Of a stretch of DNA of 64,000 nucleotides, positions 41,344-51,551 are shown in pieces (the stretch's first letter is position 1; every line of letters begins with the position of its first letter). Both the position numbers and the translations under genes were made by a program. Origin of the DNA: Patescibacteria group bacterium (GTDB lineage: Bacteria > Patescibacteriota > UBA1384 > XYA2-FULL-43-10 > 1-14-0-10-43-13); NCBI GenBank assembly GCA_041671645.1, contig JBAZBD010000001.1:21561-85560 (forward strand), read 5' to 3'. Below the pieces are notes generated by a model. That model was not told the origin of the DNA. It did no database searches and was given only the letters and a program-made list of their open reading frames with translations.

Positions 41344-42353
41344 TTTCGGTAATTATCGTCGGCTATAATAGCAAGAAACATCTTCGAGACTGCCTGGAAA
41401 GTCTGTTCGCCTCCAAATACAAGAAATTTGAGGTGATCTTCGTCGATAACAACTCGCAGGATGGATCGATAAATTATATCGAAAAAGAATATCCTCGTGT
41501 TAAGTTAATTCAGGGCAAGAAGAACTTAGGATTTGCAGGCGGAAATAATCTAGGCATTGATACGGCAGTCAAGAACAAGTCTGAATATGTTTTCCTGCTG
41601 AACCCCGACACGATAATCGATCCTGATTGCCTTGGACAACTTGTTGAAAAAGCCGATAGAAATACTATCCTTCAGCCTTTAATCCTCCTTCACGATGGCA
41701 AGCGTAAGACCGATTTGGTCAATTCGGCGGGAAATGTCCTGAACTTCCTTGGCTTTAGCTATTGTGGCGATTACAAAAAAAACAAATCGGAGATTGCCTC
41801 TGATAAAGATATTTCGGTCGCCAGCGGCGCCGCCATGCTTATCCCTGCTGAGATAATCAGAAAAATCGGCATGTTTGACGAGAGTTTCTTCATGTACCAC
41901 GAAGACGTAGATCTGAGCTGGCGAGCTAGAATTGCTGGTTATAATATTCGATTGATCAAAGACGCCATCGTTTGGCACAAATACTCATTTAGCAAAAACA
42001 AAAATAAGTTCTTCTATGCCGAAAGAAATCGGCTGATATTTTTATTCAAGAATTCTCAAACGAAGACTCTGTTGTTGATCCTGCCTCTGCTGCTCTTGAA
42101 CGAGATTTTTCTCTTATTGTATGCAACAATCGACGGATGGTTTATAGCCAAAATACAAAGCTCTGTTTCTTTTGTTCAAGGATTATCAAGTGTGCTGAGA
42201 GCCAGAAAAAAAATGAAGCGGGCCAAAACAGATAAGGACCTAAAGAAACATCTCAGCTCTAAGTTGAGTTTTTCCGAACTAGATTCCCCTGCTCTCCGTT
42301 GCTATAATATTTTGGTTGATAGCTACTGGAAAATAATTCTAAAATTCGTTTAA
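41340..42353 (+). CDS. glycosyltransferase family 2
   Basis: ISVIIVGYNSKKHL ... VDNNSQDGS ... GGNNLG motifs. Confidence 0.75.
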   Translation: MISVIIVGYNSKKHLRDCLESLFASKYKKFEVIFVDNNSQDGSINYIEKEYPRVKLIQGKKNLGFAGGNNLGIDTAVKNKSEYVFLLNPDTIIDPDCLGQLVEKADRNTILQPLILLHDGKRKTDLVNSAGNVLNFLGFSYCGDYKKNKSEIASDKDISVASGAAMLIPAEIIRKIGMFDESFFMYHEDVDLSWRARIAGYNIRLIKDAIVWHKYSFSKNKNKFFYAERNRLIFLFKNSQTKTLLLILPLLLLNEIFLLLYATIDGWFIAKIQSSVSFVQGLSSVLRARKKMKRAKTDKDLKKHLSSKLSFSELDSPALRCYNILVDSYWKIILKFV

Positions 42354-42355
42354 AT

Positions 42356-44410
42356 ATGGCAAGAAGAATAAAAAGTAAAACCTGGCTCCAGGCTAATGTT
42401 TGGAAGGGAGTCCCTCAATTCGGTCTCTTTTTTGTAGCCACCTATTGTTTGTCATGGCTGCTAAATTTTTCTTTTGGCATGACTTTGTTCGGTAGTGTAT
42501 TATTATTTTACTTTCCTGGGAAACTTCTGATAGATCTAGCGCCTTGGATCAATTTTAGCTTTGGGAGATTCGGCAACATCTCGTTAAGTATCCTGTATTC
42601 ATTTTTTATTTCCACGATTATTGGATTTTTAACTCAGTCATCATTCGAGTTCAATACGATATGGCAGATTTGGTTGATTATTATTATAAATACTTTCCTA
42701 TCGATTCTTGTTTTGCTCTTTAACCGATGGAAATTATGGAAAAAAATTATTTCTGGTGAGCTAGAACATCAAAAAAAATATACTGTGGACTGGCGTGATT
42801 ACGCGACAATCATCGCATTTGCAAGTGTAATTTTGATTACAGTGGTTGCAAACCCACTGGCGCAGGACGCTGACGGCTATTTGACACAGCTTACGCGATC
42901 AATCGCCCAGAATATCAACTTGGAGCCACGGAGGCAATTCTATATCTCGTTCCTAGGTGTTTGTGCAAAATTTTTGCGAATTGATGTACTTTTTCTGTAT
43001 AGGAATGTATTCATTGCCTTATTCCTCGGCCTATCTCTCATTTTTTATGATTATTTGAGAAAAAATATACATCCTAGATTTACTGCCATTTTGTTATACA
43101 TGTCTCTTCTGGCGCCTTCCGTGATACTCACAGAAATGAATATTATCAGACCACAAGTTGGGATGATGGTTCTGACGATTCCAGTCTTGATTCTCACCGC
43201 TGCTTCAGTCAAGACTAATAATGCCCTAGCGTCAATTGTGGCCTTCACGATTTCCGTTTTCTCAATGAAGTTTCATGAATTAGGTATCTGCCTTGTGATG
43301 ATTTCCTCATTAGCGCTTGTGATAAATTTGTCACAACTAATTTTTGTCGATAAAAAAATTCCATTTAAATACGTCATTTTAGCAATTCTTATCATTCTGC
43401 CGTATATCGAGCTCTTCCATTTAGGGCAAATCTTCGCTGGTGCTACCTTTATGATTAAATATGCGCTACATTTTTTTGATTCCGTTCATTGGAGGTGGTG
43501 GTTTATAAATAACTACCAAACGATGGACGGAGCAGAGTTGGGTTGGACTGGCATTTATGCATTATTTTATTATTTGTATAATGGGATACTGTCGCTTTTG
43601 TTAGCCGTTTATCTCTCGGTTTTTCTGCTGAAAAAAAGAATCAAAGTCAGGCCTTACATTGTATTGCCACTTGTCTATATTCTTCTTTTTTTCTTGGTCG
43701 CAGAAGTTTTGCCGAGGTTGGGCCTGTTCTTTCTGCCCAATCGAGCTTGGGTCCATTTGTCGATCGGAGTTGTTATCATGACAGCCATGCTCATCGAACG
43801 TTGTCAACAACTAGGAGAAAAGAATAAGCTTTTGAACATTGCTCTTATGATATTTATTATTATGGGTTCAGCCGCAAGCTTATATGTTTCCATAAATAAC
43901 GTCTCCATTGTTTATAAGGAAGAATTGGCAGTCGCAAGATATATCAAAAATCATACACCAGCGAATTCAATAATTTTTTCTACCCAGGGCAATGCCACCT
44001 TAATTGACCTTTACAGTAACAGATACTACCATCAGCTCATCTTTGACCATAGGGTCGATAGACTCGAATTTGATAACATATTGGATAAAAATTTACGTAA
44101 TCTTGCTAGTAATACCCCTATCGTTATCCAGCCAGAGCTCAAACAACAGATAACTACCTTAGAAGATGATACCGTTGTAAGTACGAGAACGGTCTTATTA
44201 AAAAATCGAATAATTGAGAACCCTAAAATCCAGTACGATGACAAAACTGCGGTCTATTTCCTGTATTCATATAAGAAATTAAGTGGTTTAAATGCCAAAA
44301 GATCGTATCAACAAAATTCTGATGATATATTAAATCGCGAGATATATTCCGCCTTGGGATACCCTATCGTCTATGCAGATAACGGCGGGATACTGATTAA
44401 AATCAGATAG
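42356..44410 (+). CDS. large polytopic membrane protein (about 500 aa of TM helices plus about 180-aa C-terminal soluble domain), candidate GT-C (YfhO-like) glycosyltransferase
   Basis: 684 aa. Architecture and position after a GtrB-like GT2 and DUF2304. No sequence-level family assignment possible by eye. Confidence 0.45.
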   Translation: MARRIKSKTWLQANVWKGVPQFGLFFVATYCLSWLLNFSFGMTLFGSVLLFYFPGKLLIDLAPWINFSFGRFGNISLSILYSFFISTIIGFLTQSSFEFNTIWQIWLIIIINTFLSILVLLFNRWKLWKKIISGELEHQKKYTVDWRDYATIIAFASVILITVVANPLAQDADGYLTQLTRSIAQNINLEPRRQFYISFLGVCAKFLRIDVLFLYRNVFIALFLGLSLIFYDYLRKNIHPRFTAILLYMSLLAPSVILTEMNIIRPQVGMMVLTIPVLILTAASVKTNNALASIVAFTISVFSMKFHELGICLVMISSLALVINLSQLIFVDKKIPFKYVILAILIILPYIELFHLGQIFAGATFMIKYALHFFDSVHWRWWFINNYQTMDGAELGWTGIYALFYYLYNGILSLLLAVYLSVFLLKKRIKVRPYIVLPLVYILLFFLVAEVLPRLGLFFLPNRAWVHLSIGVVIMTAMLIERCQQLGEKNKLLNIALMIFIIMGSAASLYVSINNVSIVYKEELAVARYIKNHTPANSIIFSTQGNATLIDLYSNRYYHQLIFDHRVDRLEFDNILDKNLRNLASNTPIVIQPELKQQITTLEDDTVVSTRTVLLKNRIIENPKIQYDDKTAVYFLYSYKKLSGLNAKRSYQQNSDDILNREIYSALGYPIVYADNGGILIKIR

Positions 44411-44417
44411 GAACCAA

Positions 44418-45515
44418 CTAGTTGAGATGTTTTAGTAATTTGATCAACTTCTCAAATGATTTTGACCATGAATAGCTCCCCGCTGTCTCCAGGCCATTAT
44501 CGATTAACTTTTTACAAAGTTTAGAATCAGCCAAAATTTTCTTAATAGCGGAGGTTGTTTCTTCCGGTCTATTTACCGCGGTGACAATGCAATTTTCCTT
44601 ATTCTTCGCATATTCTCTGGCTCCGACAGTGTCAGTCAAAACCACAGGGGCACCTGACGCCATCGCCTCAAGTGCTGGTAAACCGAAGCTTTCTCCTAGG
44701 CTAGTATTCACGTAGATCAGTGCCCTACTATAGATCTCTGCAAGCTGTTCCCTATCTTTGTATTTTATAAATTCTATTCCGTTCACAATTCTGTCTTCAA
44801 CTGTCGGGGATACTACCTTCGCTTTAATCTCGGGGGAATCTCTTTTGATAATTCTATAAGCTTCCTTAAAAATATGGAAGCCCTTCGGTCTTTGCGGTCG
44901 GCCAACGAAGAGAAGATAATTATCCCTTTTAAGGGAACTCTGATGGAATTCAGGATCAATGCCGTTCTTTACCACCACTGATTTGACCTTGGAAACGCTT
45001 CTCAGGGCTTTTTCTGAGCTATCCGAGACACATACTGCAAGAGCAATGTTTTCAGTGATTTTTTTGTTCCCAAGCATCCGTTTGATAAAAGGGCCGGCCC
45101 AAACCATCTCAAAGAAATCTTGAAAAAGAAAAACAATTTTTGCTTCGAGTTTTTTTTGCTTTTTGGCTTTGATGATTGCCGGTAGCAAAGGAGTATAGAT
45201 CGGAATTAGAAAATCGCACTCTGAAATTAACCCAATTATTTGTTTGAAATAAATTTTCTGGAGAAGAAAGAAATCAACATACCTGATCGGAAAAGATTTA
45301 TATTGTTTGAGCGTAATTCTCCTGTCGATATCAAAAAGAGTTTGGCGGTCAGCAGAGATAATTGTAACCTCGTGGCCACTCTCGGCCAGGAAGTTTGCAT
45401 ACCTGAGCATGACCAAATTACCACCATGCATCTCTAAATTGGGGGTCAGGAAGGTAATTTTCATTTCAGTTTGTCCGTCATCTTTTTTCTCATCGACATC
45501 AGCAGCTTTATCCAC
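44418..45515 (-). CDS. glycosyltransferase family 4
   Basis: ESFGLPALEAMASGAPVVLTDTVGAREY motif. Confidence 0.75.
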   Translation of the reverse strand: MDKAADVDEKKDDGQTEMKITFLTPNLEMHGGNLVMLRYANFLAESGHEVTIISADRQTLFDIDRRITLKQYKSFPIRYVDFFLLQKIYFKQIIGLISECDFLIPIYTPLLPAIIKAKKQKKLEAKIVFLFQDFFEMVWAGPFIKRMLGNKKITENIALAVCVSDSSEKALRSVSKVKSVVVKNGIDPEFHQSSLKRDNYLLFVGRPQRPKGFHIFKEAYRIIKRDSPEIKAKVVSPTVEDRIVNGIEFIKYKDREQLAEIYSRALIYVNTSLGESFGLPALEAMASGAPVVLTDTVGAREYAKNKENCIVTAVNRPEETTSAIKKILADSKLCKKLIDNGLETAGSYSWSKSFEKLIKLLKHLN

Positions 45516-46429
45516 GGTCCGTTAAAGACAACAAACGCAAAGATTGAAGTGAACAAATAGGGCACAAAAGCAACAAGCCAATAGTTATTCTCTCGGTAAT
45601 AACTCCAAAGAATTTTATTCATTTCCTCTCGAGACAAGCAATCCTTGATACCCGACTCATCCTCCACAAACTTACGCTGTTCCCTGCTGATCACATGGGT
45701 GGGTCCGGTTGAGAATAAGTCTCTTGTCCTCTTGCCATACTCAAGTTTGTCGATAACGGTAAATTTTCCGACATTAACATCACGCATTCCCTTATTTACT
45801 AAGACTGGTGATTTTCCAGTCAAGAAGAACGGAACCCCGAGATCCACAGCGTTAAGAAGATAGGTACCAACATCGTTGGAGGTGGCATACTTATGACTCG
45901 AAAGTATCCTATAAAAATTTCTGACAAAATCTTGGCTATTCGAAATCCTCGGCCCAGCCGATGTAACGCTAAAGCCTTCATTCCGATAAATATCAGCGCT
46001 CTTGTCAATAAAATCCAACCAGAAGAGGCAGATGGTGACCGGCTGGAATTCAGCCGGAAGAGTTTTAAGCTCCTTACAATATTCCTTGATATTAAAGTCG
46101 CTTTTTAGGAAATAAGTTGAATGACTCGGGAAAACAACTGTCCCCTTTGCGTCAGATTTTATGGTAATTTTGTGGGCATTTTTGTAATGGATGTATGGAG
46201 ACCCCATTACATACGCCGGAATTTTGCTTTTCTTGCGCCAAGCCAAGACCATCCGTTTATTGAAAAGAAAAACACAGGGTTTATCAGTGCTAAGGTCGCT
46301 CACTGCCGGCTCCAAGAGAATGCTCCACCCGTGGTCGATATGACAGGGTAACGGCAGAAACCGTGGAAAGCGAGCGTAGTCTTTCAAAACTTGGTTAAAA
46401 CCGTAATTTCTGCCCTCTGTATATTGCAT
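45461..46429 (-). CDS. hypothetical protein with C-terminal TM helix (glycan-locus protein)
   Basis: 322-aa ORF coupled to neighbours. No recognisable motif. Confidence 0.4.
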   Translation of the reverse strand: MQYTEGRNYGFNQVLKDYARFPRFLPLPCHIDHGWSILLEPAVSDLSTDKPCVFLFNKRMVLAWRKKSKIPAYVMGSPYIHYKNAHKITIKSDAKGTVVFPSHSTYFLKSDFNIKEYCKELKTLPAEFQPVTICLFWLDFIDKSADIYRNEGFSVTSAGPRISNSQDFVRNFYRILSSHKYATSNDVGTYLLNAVDLGVPFFLTGKSPVLVNKGMRDVNVGKFTVIDKLEYGKRTRDLFSTGPTHVISREQRKFVEDESGIKDCLSREEMNKILWSYYRENNYWLVAFVPYLFTSIFAFVVFNGPWIKLLMSMRKKMTDKLK

Positions 46430-46483
46430 AGGTGTCCTAGCGTTAAAAACAACTGTTTAGTAAAACCCATTCCGGCCTAAAGC

Positions 46484-47437
46484 CTAGACCGACGGTTTGA
46501 AGGTCGTAACAAAATATGGTTTAAGTTCCGGATTAAAGCTGAGCTTAAAGTCTCCTCTGTTTGGAGAATTTGCCCCGACAAAATCGACCTCGCTGAGCTT
46601 TTTATCCATTGCATCACGTACAGCATCAGCCAACAATAATGTGCCTGCGTTTAGATTGCGATAATCCGGATGATTTGCCCCGAATAAGTAGAAACCGGAT
46701 CGGTCATCAAAGATAAATAGATTGGCGGCAACCGGCACGCCGTCGACTTTGACACAGGTGAGTCTGCCATAGTGATTATCGAGGGCGCTCTTTGTGATAC
46801 TTCTCAAAAGAAGCGACTCTTTTTCATCACGCTCGATACCTTGGCGCTTAAAGGTTTTATCATGCAGGTCATCCAAAACCATTTCATCGTCAATTTCCTC
46901 GATCTTCAAATTCTCAAAAGCTTTCTTGATCTCCTGCCTTCTTACTTTTCGAATCGTGCCCAGATACTCATCAAAGCTTTCATGCTTCCGGAGATCCAAG
47001 ACGGCTGAATATCTCAACACCAGATTGTATACTCCCTTCTCCGGCTCATGATAATTGAACCATTGAAACGGCCGCATATCAACAAGGCGCCAAGAATGAC
47101 ACAGACACAATTGCCCATAGTGTTCAGTGCACTCAGCGATTAAGAATTCAGTAACCTTAAATTCCAGCGACTGTCGGCGATGTGGCTCCAAAGCTGAATT
47201 ATCAGCAAGCGACAAGCCCTGATACTCGGTGAAGGGAAATACGCCGGAGATAGGACCATCATCGCCAAATAGCACAACCAGACCGGCAACGATCTTATTG
47301 TCCTCGGCACAAGTAACAAGCTCGTATTTTGTATTTAAAGAATTTAAAAACTTTGTCGACACAAATACGCTTCTTTGTGGCGAACTATGGACAAATTCAT
47401 CCCAAAGCTCGGCACTCTCTCCGAATTTTATCTCCAT
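46484..47437 (-). CDS. FemAB-like / GNAT-fold (acetyltransf_6) acyl- or aminoacyl-transferase
   Basis: 317 aa. N-terminal half resembles the FemABX substrate-binding half; C-terminal half is acetyltransferase-like. No catalytic motif I can verify by eye. Confidence 0.4.
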   Translation of the reverse strand: MEIKFGESAELWDEFVHSSPQRSVFVSTKFLNSLNTKYELVTCAEDNKIVAGLVVLFGDDGPISGVFPFTEYQGLSLADNSALEPHRRQSLEFKVTEFLIAECTEHYGQLCLCHSWRLVDMRPFQWFNYHEPEKGVYNLVLRYSAVLDLRKHESFDEYLGTIRKVRRQEIKKAFENLKIEEIDDEMVLDDLHDKTFKRQGIERDEKESLLLRSITKSALDNHYGRLTCVKVDGVPVAANLFIFDDRSGFYLFGANHPDYRNLNAGTLLLADAVRDAMDKKLSEVDFVGANSPNRGDFKLSFNPELKPYFVTTFKPSV

Positions 47438-47449
47438 ACTATACTCTCG

Positions 47450-48757
47450 CTAATTAGTTAACTGGCCTCTATTCTCCCAGACTTTTTTGAATGCGTTCGC
47501 CACATCATCCAGATCATCCCTCGTCATCGGCGGTCGCATTAATTCATGAGTTACCAGTAATTCGTAATGCATTTTTTCAGTGACCGGACAGATGCCTTTT
47601 TGATAAGAAACGTCATCATTATAAAAAGCACACTTCCATGGGCAGCCTTTGTCGCCATACGCTATTTTTTGCTGAAAAATCGGCTGGAGGTAGAGTGGCT
47701 TCACATAGCCTGTCCCTATTTTCACCCCCTCAGTTTCCCTCAGTTCTATGGGAGCCAGCTCTGCCTTGACGGCTTCAATAAATTTTTCTCTAGTGACTCC
47801 GGCTTTTGCCTCATCAAATTTAATCGCGTGCAGGTAAAAAACATGTTCGCTCTCCGGCCTGACCTTCGCAACCTCAAGACAGGGGATCTGATTTAGTTTA
47901 TCATTGAGATAATTAACGTTGTCAATTCGATCTTTTATCAGCCCAGCTAACTTTCTAAGTTGTACTTGAGCAATCGCTGCCTCAATCTCAGTCATCCGGA
48001 GATTGAAGCCGACCATATTTACTAAATCGCCGACACCTTTATTCTCAACAACGGCTTCAGCGTGGTTCCTTATTAGCCTGATCTTTTCGGCAAGGTCGTC
48101 ATCATCGGTCACGACGATACCGCCCTCACCAGTATGAATATGTTTATGGTAGTTCAGCGAGTAAACACCGATATCTCCGAGAGTACCGGCCCATCTCCCT
48201 TTATATTTAGCTCCTGGAGCCTGGGCACAATCCTCGATAACCAGCAGATGATGTTTCTTTGCGATTGCATTGATCTTATCAGCGTCATACGGTTGGCCGA
48301 ATATGTCGACTACAATAATTGCCTTTGTTTGTTTAGTAATTTTTGCCTCAATCGATTCGGGAGACAGACAAAAGTAGTCCTCCTCAATATCGGCAAAGAC
48401 TGGAATAGAATTAAAAATCAGAGGAGCAGTTGCAGAAGCTGACATCGTATAAGGCGAAACGATAACTTCGTCCCCTGGTCCGGCGCCAACGGCGCCAACG
48501 GCACAATAGAGTCCGGAGGTAGCAGAGTTAACTGAAATTGCATGTTTTACGTTAAAATATTTTGCCCATTTTTCCTCTAGCGCACGTACTTCTGGCCCGC
48601 CATAAAAATCCTCATGCCATGCTCCTAGAAATTTGGATAACACGCCGGACTCAATAACTTTTTTAGTTATCTCAGTCTCTTCTTGCCCCAGAACTCTATA
48701 TGCAGGAAAACTTTTGGCTCTGGTCTTCTCGCCACCGTTAATCGCTAATTTTGGCAT
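47450..48757 (-). CDS. DegT/DnrJ/EryC1/StrS-family PLP sugar aminotransferase (second copy, C-terminal extension)
   Basis: Motif ...DCAQAPGAKYKGRWAGTLGDIGVYSLNYHKHI with PLP-lysine. About 60-aa C-terminal extension. Confidence 0.8.
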   Translation of the reverse strand: MPKLAINGGEKTRAKSFPAYRVLGQEETEITKKVIESGVLSKFLGAWHEDFYGGPEVRALEEKWAKYFNVKHAISVNSATSGLYCAVGAVGAGPGDEVIVSPYTMSASATAPLIFNSIPVFADIEEDYFCLSPESIEAKITKQTKAIIVVDIFGQPYDADKINAIAKKHHLLVIEDCAQAPGAKYKGRWAGTLGDIGVYSLNYHKHIHTGEGGIVVTDDDDLAEKIRLIRNHAEAVVENKGVGDLVNMVGFNLRMTEIEAAIAQVQLRKLAGLIKDRIDNVNYLNDKLNQIPCLEVAKVRPESEHVFYLHAIKFDEAKAGVTREKFIEAVKAELAPIELRETEGVKIGTGYVKPLYLQPIFQQKIAYGDKGCPWKCAFYNDDVSYQKGICPVTEKMHYELLVTHELMRPPMTRDDLDDVANAFKKVWENRGQLTN

Positions 48758-49878
48758 AAACTCTGCTCCATATAATCAATTACTCTTTTCACCGGATCTT
48801 TTATTAATTTGAATTCAGCCATCTTCTCTCTTCCGCCGTTTATAGCCGATTTGATCCGGAAATTCAGGGTTCCTTGGTCTAAAATACTTCTCATTAGCCC
48901 AATCCGGTCCAGAACGAAGGGATTGTCCCCTTTGAGCCCGATCTGGATGCTGATCGTCGGTTTACCTAAAATATAAGATTCCAACAGGAACATCGAAGAC
49001 ATCCCACACACAAGATCTGATATTTTTATTAAATCTTGGGAGCAAGAATCCCGATCCAAATATACTTTTATATTATCGCTCTTCAGCTTATTGATCAACC
49101 CATCATAATAGCTTTCGTCCTCTTTGGGGTGAAGTTTTATTATCAGAGAAATTTTAAAGTTTTTCTTAACGTCCTCTATATCAGACAACGCTTCGTGCAA
49201 GCTACAAAATGTCGTGATTTCGTCATAACCAAAGTGTTCCCTAGCATCGCCATATATTTTTCTGATCGGCTCTGAAGCGTAGGTCACAACATAATTGGAG
49301 TGAGAAAGACGATATTTCTTTCTGATCTTTTCCAAAGCATGAGTATCAAATTCTCTATTCTTTAAATACTCGAAGTACGGCTGTCCAGAGACTAAAATCC
49401 GATCTACGGGCAATCCGGCCAAAATCGCCTCACTTTTAGCCAGCTCATCCATCACCAATATCTTTGATGGCAGATACTCATGCTGAGGGTTCTTCTTATA
49501 TTTATCGACATTAGAAACGCCCCATTTTGAAAAACGGATTCCGTAATTTACCCACTGATCCAGAATCGCAAATGAGGGAATGTCCATAATCATGGCCGAT
49601 GACCAAAGATATTTTTCCGTCATATCATCGGCGCTCGTACCGGTAATGATAAAATCTGGTTTTTGGATGAGAAGAAACCCCTTGATCTCTTTTGGACTTA
49701 TTTCTTTGATCTCTTCGGCGATCGGCAAAGCGTGGATTCCGTTTTGGTTAAAACGAGTCATCGCGACATCCTTGCCGAATACTACAACCTTATATCCCCT
49801 CTGTTTCAATGGTTCAAAAAGAGGAATAACCGTGTTAGCTCCGCCGGGATCTCTGGCAAACAGAAGAATTTTCTTCAC
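48745..49878 (-). CDS. GT-B-fold protein, candidate PseG-like UDP-sugar hydrolase / surface carbohydrate biosynthesis protein
   Basis: 377 aa, Rossmann-like halves. C-terminal DLIKISDLVCGMSSMFLLESYILGKPTISI resembles the MurG/PseG GT28 C-domain. The assignment relies largely on position in the operon. Confidence 0.35.
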   Translation of the reverse strand: MKKILLFARDPGGANTVIPLFEPLKQRGYKVVVFGKDVAMTRFNQNGIHALPIAEEIKEISPKEIKGFLLIQKPDFIITGTSADDMTEKYLWSSAMIMDIPSFAILDQWVNYGIRFSKWGVSNVDKYKKNPQHEYLPSKILVMDELAKSEAILAGLPVDRILVSGQPYFEYLKNREFDTHALEKIRKKYRLSHSNYVVTYASEPIRKIYGDAREHFGYDEITTFCSLHEALSDIEDVKKNFKISLIIKLHPKEDESYYDGLINKLKSDNIKVYLDRDSCSQDLIKISDLVCGMSSMFLLESYILGKPTISIQIGLKGDNPFVLDRIGLMRSILDQGTLNFRIKSAINGGREKMAEFKLIKDPVKRVIDYMEQSLCQN

Positions 49879-49880
49879 CC

Positions 49881-50834
49881 TTACGATCCCTTCATATTAA
49901 TAGCCGTTTCTAGATCAGCAATGGCCTCTTTGGCTGAGCACAGAAGCGTTTCTTTTTTTGTTAAATGTGAGAATATGTTATCGGCGGCAAAGTATATAGA
50001 CCTATTTAGCGAAGTCTTGAGGTTGTTCTCCTTCACTAGGTATTTATAACCTTCGAACTCATCGCTCTTCTCTACCCGCCAAATCTCAACATCATTTCCT
50101 GAATTGCGTATCTGAATTCTACCGCTAGCAAAAAGGAGTTCCAGTTCGAAGATTGTATAGTTTTTCGAGCCTATCGCCAAGAATGCAACATTGCCTGAGT
50201 TTATCTTCAGAATACCACTCACCGATGGATCGTCAGTAGAAAAATCATTCTCTCTCGCAAAAGGTTCAAACGCACCGGCTTCCCCCAAAAACATCCGAAG
50301 AAGATCGACCATATGCGAGCCATTATGCATAACGCCCTTACCATAGTAAGCCGTACCACAGATAAAGTTACCATATTCGCCTGCCTTAACAGCCTCGGCC
50401 AAATTTATTAGTTCCGGGACAAACCGCCTAGAATAGTTGACCTGCAAGGCGATACTGCGCTCCTCACAGATTTTTACAATCTCCACGGCCTCTAGTAACG
50501 TTTTGGTAATTGGCTTCTCAGCAAAGATAGCCTTGATCGACTTGGTCATCAATGATTTTAGAATCTCCGCATGGAAATCGTCTGGCACGCAAACGCTGAC
50601 AACATCAATGGATTCTGATGAAAATGCTTCGTCAATATCCTTAAAACTACGACATCCCCACGCCTTGGCTGCTTTCGTGCCCCTCTCAGTGTCATTATCG
50701 ACAAAACCAACCAGCTTAAAACCAGGATGTTCGGTATAAGCGTGAGCGTGTGTGATGATGTTTTTGCTGTTGGGAGTATCAAAATACGCTCCAATTTTCC
50801 CAGCTCCAACAATTAAAGCTTTAAGTTTGTCCAT
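49881..50834 (-). CDS. Gfo/Idh/MocA-family NAD(P) oxidoreductase
   Basis: N-terminal Rossmann fold ALIVGAGKIG, typical length. Confidence 0.75.
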   Translation of the reverse strand: MDKLKALIVGAGKIGAYFDTPNSKNIITHAHAYTEHPGFKLVGFVDNDTERGTKAAKAWGCRSFKDIDEAFSSESIDVVSVCVPDDFHAEILKSLMTKSIKAIFAEKPITKTLLEAVEIVKICEERSIALQVNYSRRFVPELINLAEAVKAGEYGNFICGTAYYGKGVMHNGSHMVDLLRMFLGEAGAFEPFARENDFSTDDPSVSGILKINSGNVAFLAIGSKNYTIFELELLFASGRIQIRNSGNDVEIWRVEKSDEFEGYKYLVKENNLKTSLNRSIYFAADNIFSHLTKKETLLCSAKEAIADLETAINMKGS

Positions 50835-51528
50835 TATTTTCCAAAATTTTGTACTTCATCTCGGCGATCTTCCAGTCCTCCAGGGTGTCGATATCCTGAA
50901 CCTCTGATTCAGGTATCTCTACGGGGACAGCATCATCAAGAAATGATTTCTTCTGAGCCAAAAATTTTTCTGTATTATACCAGTAAAACTGGCCACTATC
51001 GTGGTAGGACGATTCCAGATCCTGCGAGTGTTTATGCATATTCTCTGGCCAAATCATTTTTAAGCGGTCCTTTTCAATTTGGAAAGCTCGCTGGATCGGA
51101 AAGCTATATTTTACGACTGCCACAACCTGATCAGCGTGATTTTCCCTTAATTTCTGAAAGCCTAATTTCAATCTTTCAGCATTTATAAACGGTGCGGTCG
51201 ACAAAATCACGCAGAAATTGTCAAAAGATTTGCCCTCCTTCTCATATCTCTTGATCACTTCCTCAAAAACATCAATGAGGTTGGCCTTGCTGTCAGAGTT
51301 CTCCCGACTTCGTAAAAAAGGAACCTTGGCGCCTGATCTTCGTGAAATCTCTGCAATCTCTTCGTCATCTGTCGAGACCATTACCTCGTCAAAACAGCCA
51401 CACTTTACGGCAGCATCGATAGAATATTTAAGAATTGGCTGACCAAGAAAATTTTTGACATTTTTTCTCGGAACTCTCTTGCTACCACCACGGGCGGGGA
51501 TAATGGCTAATGTTTTGCTCTCCATCAT
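50821..51528 (-). CDS. pseF: acylneuraminate/pseudaminate cytidylyltransferase
   Basis: LAIIPARGGSKRVPRKN cytidylyltransferase motif. Start trimmed to an internal Met. Confidence 0.8.
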   Translation of the reverse strand: MMESKTLAIIPARGGSKRVPRKNVKNFLGQPILKYSIDAAVKCGCFDEVMVSTDDEEIAEISRRSGAKVPFLRSRENSDSKANLIDVFEEVIKRYEKEGKSFDNFCVILSTAPFINAERLKLGFQKLRENHADQVVAVVKYSFPIQRAFQIEKDRLKMIWPENMHKHSQDLESSYHDSGQFYWYNTEKFLAQKKSFLDDAVPVEIPESEVQDIDTLEDWKIAEMKYKILENNGQT

Positions 51529-51551
51529 ATAAACCTCGGTCATGATTAATT

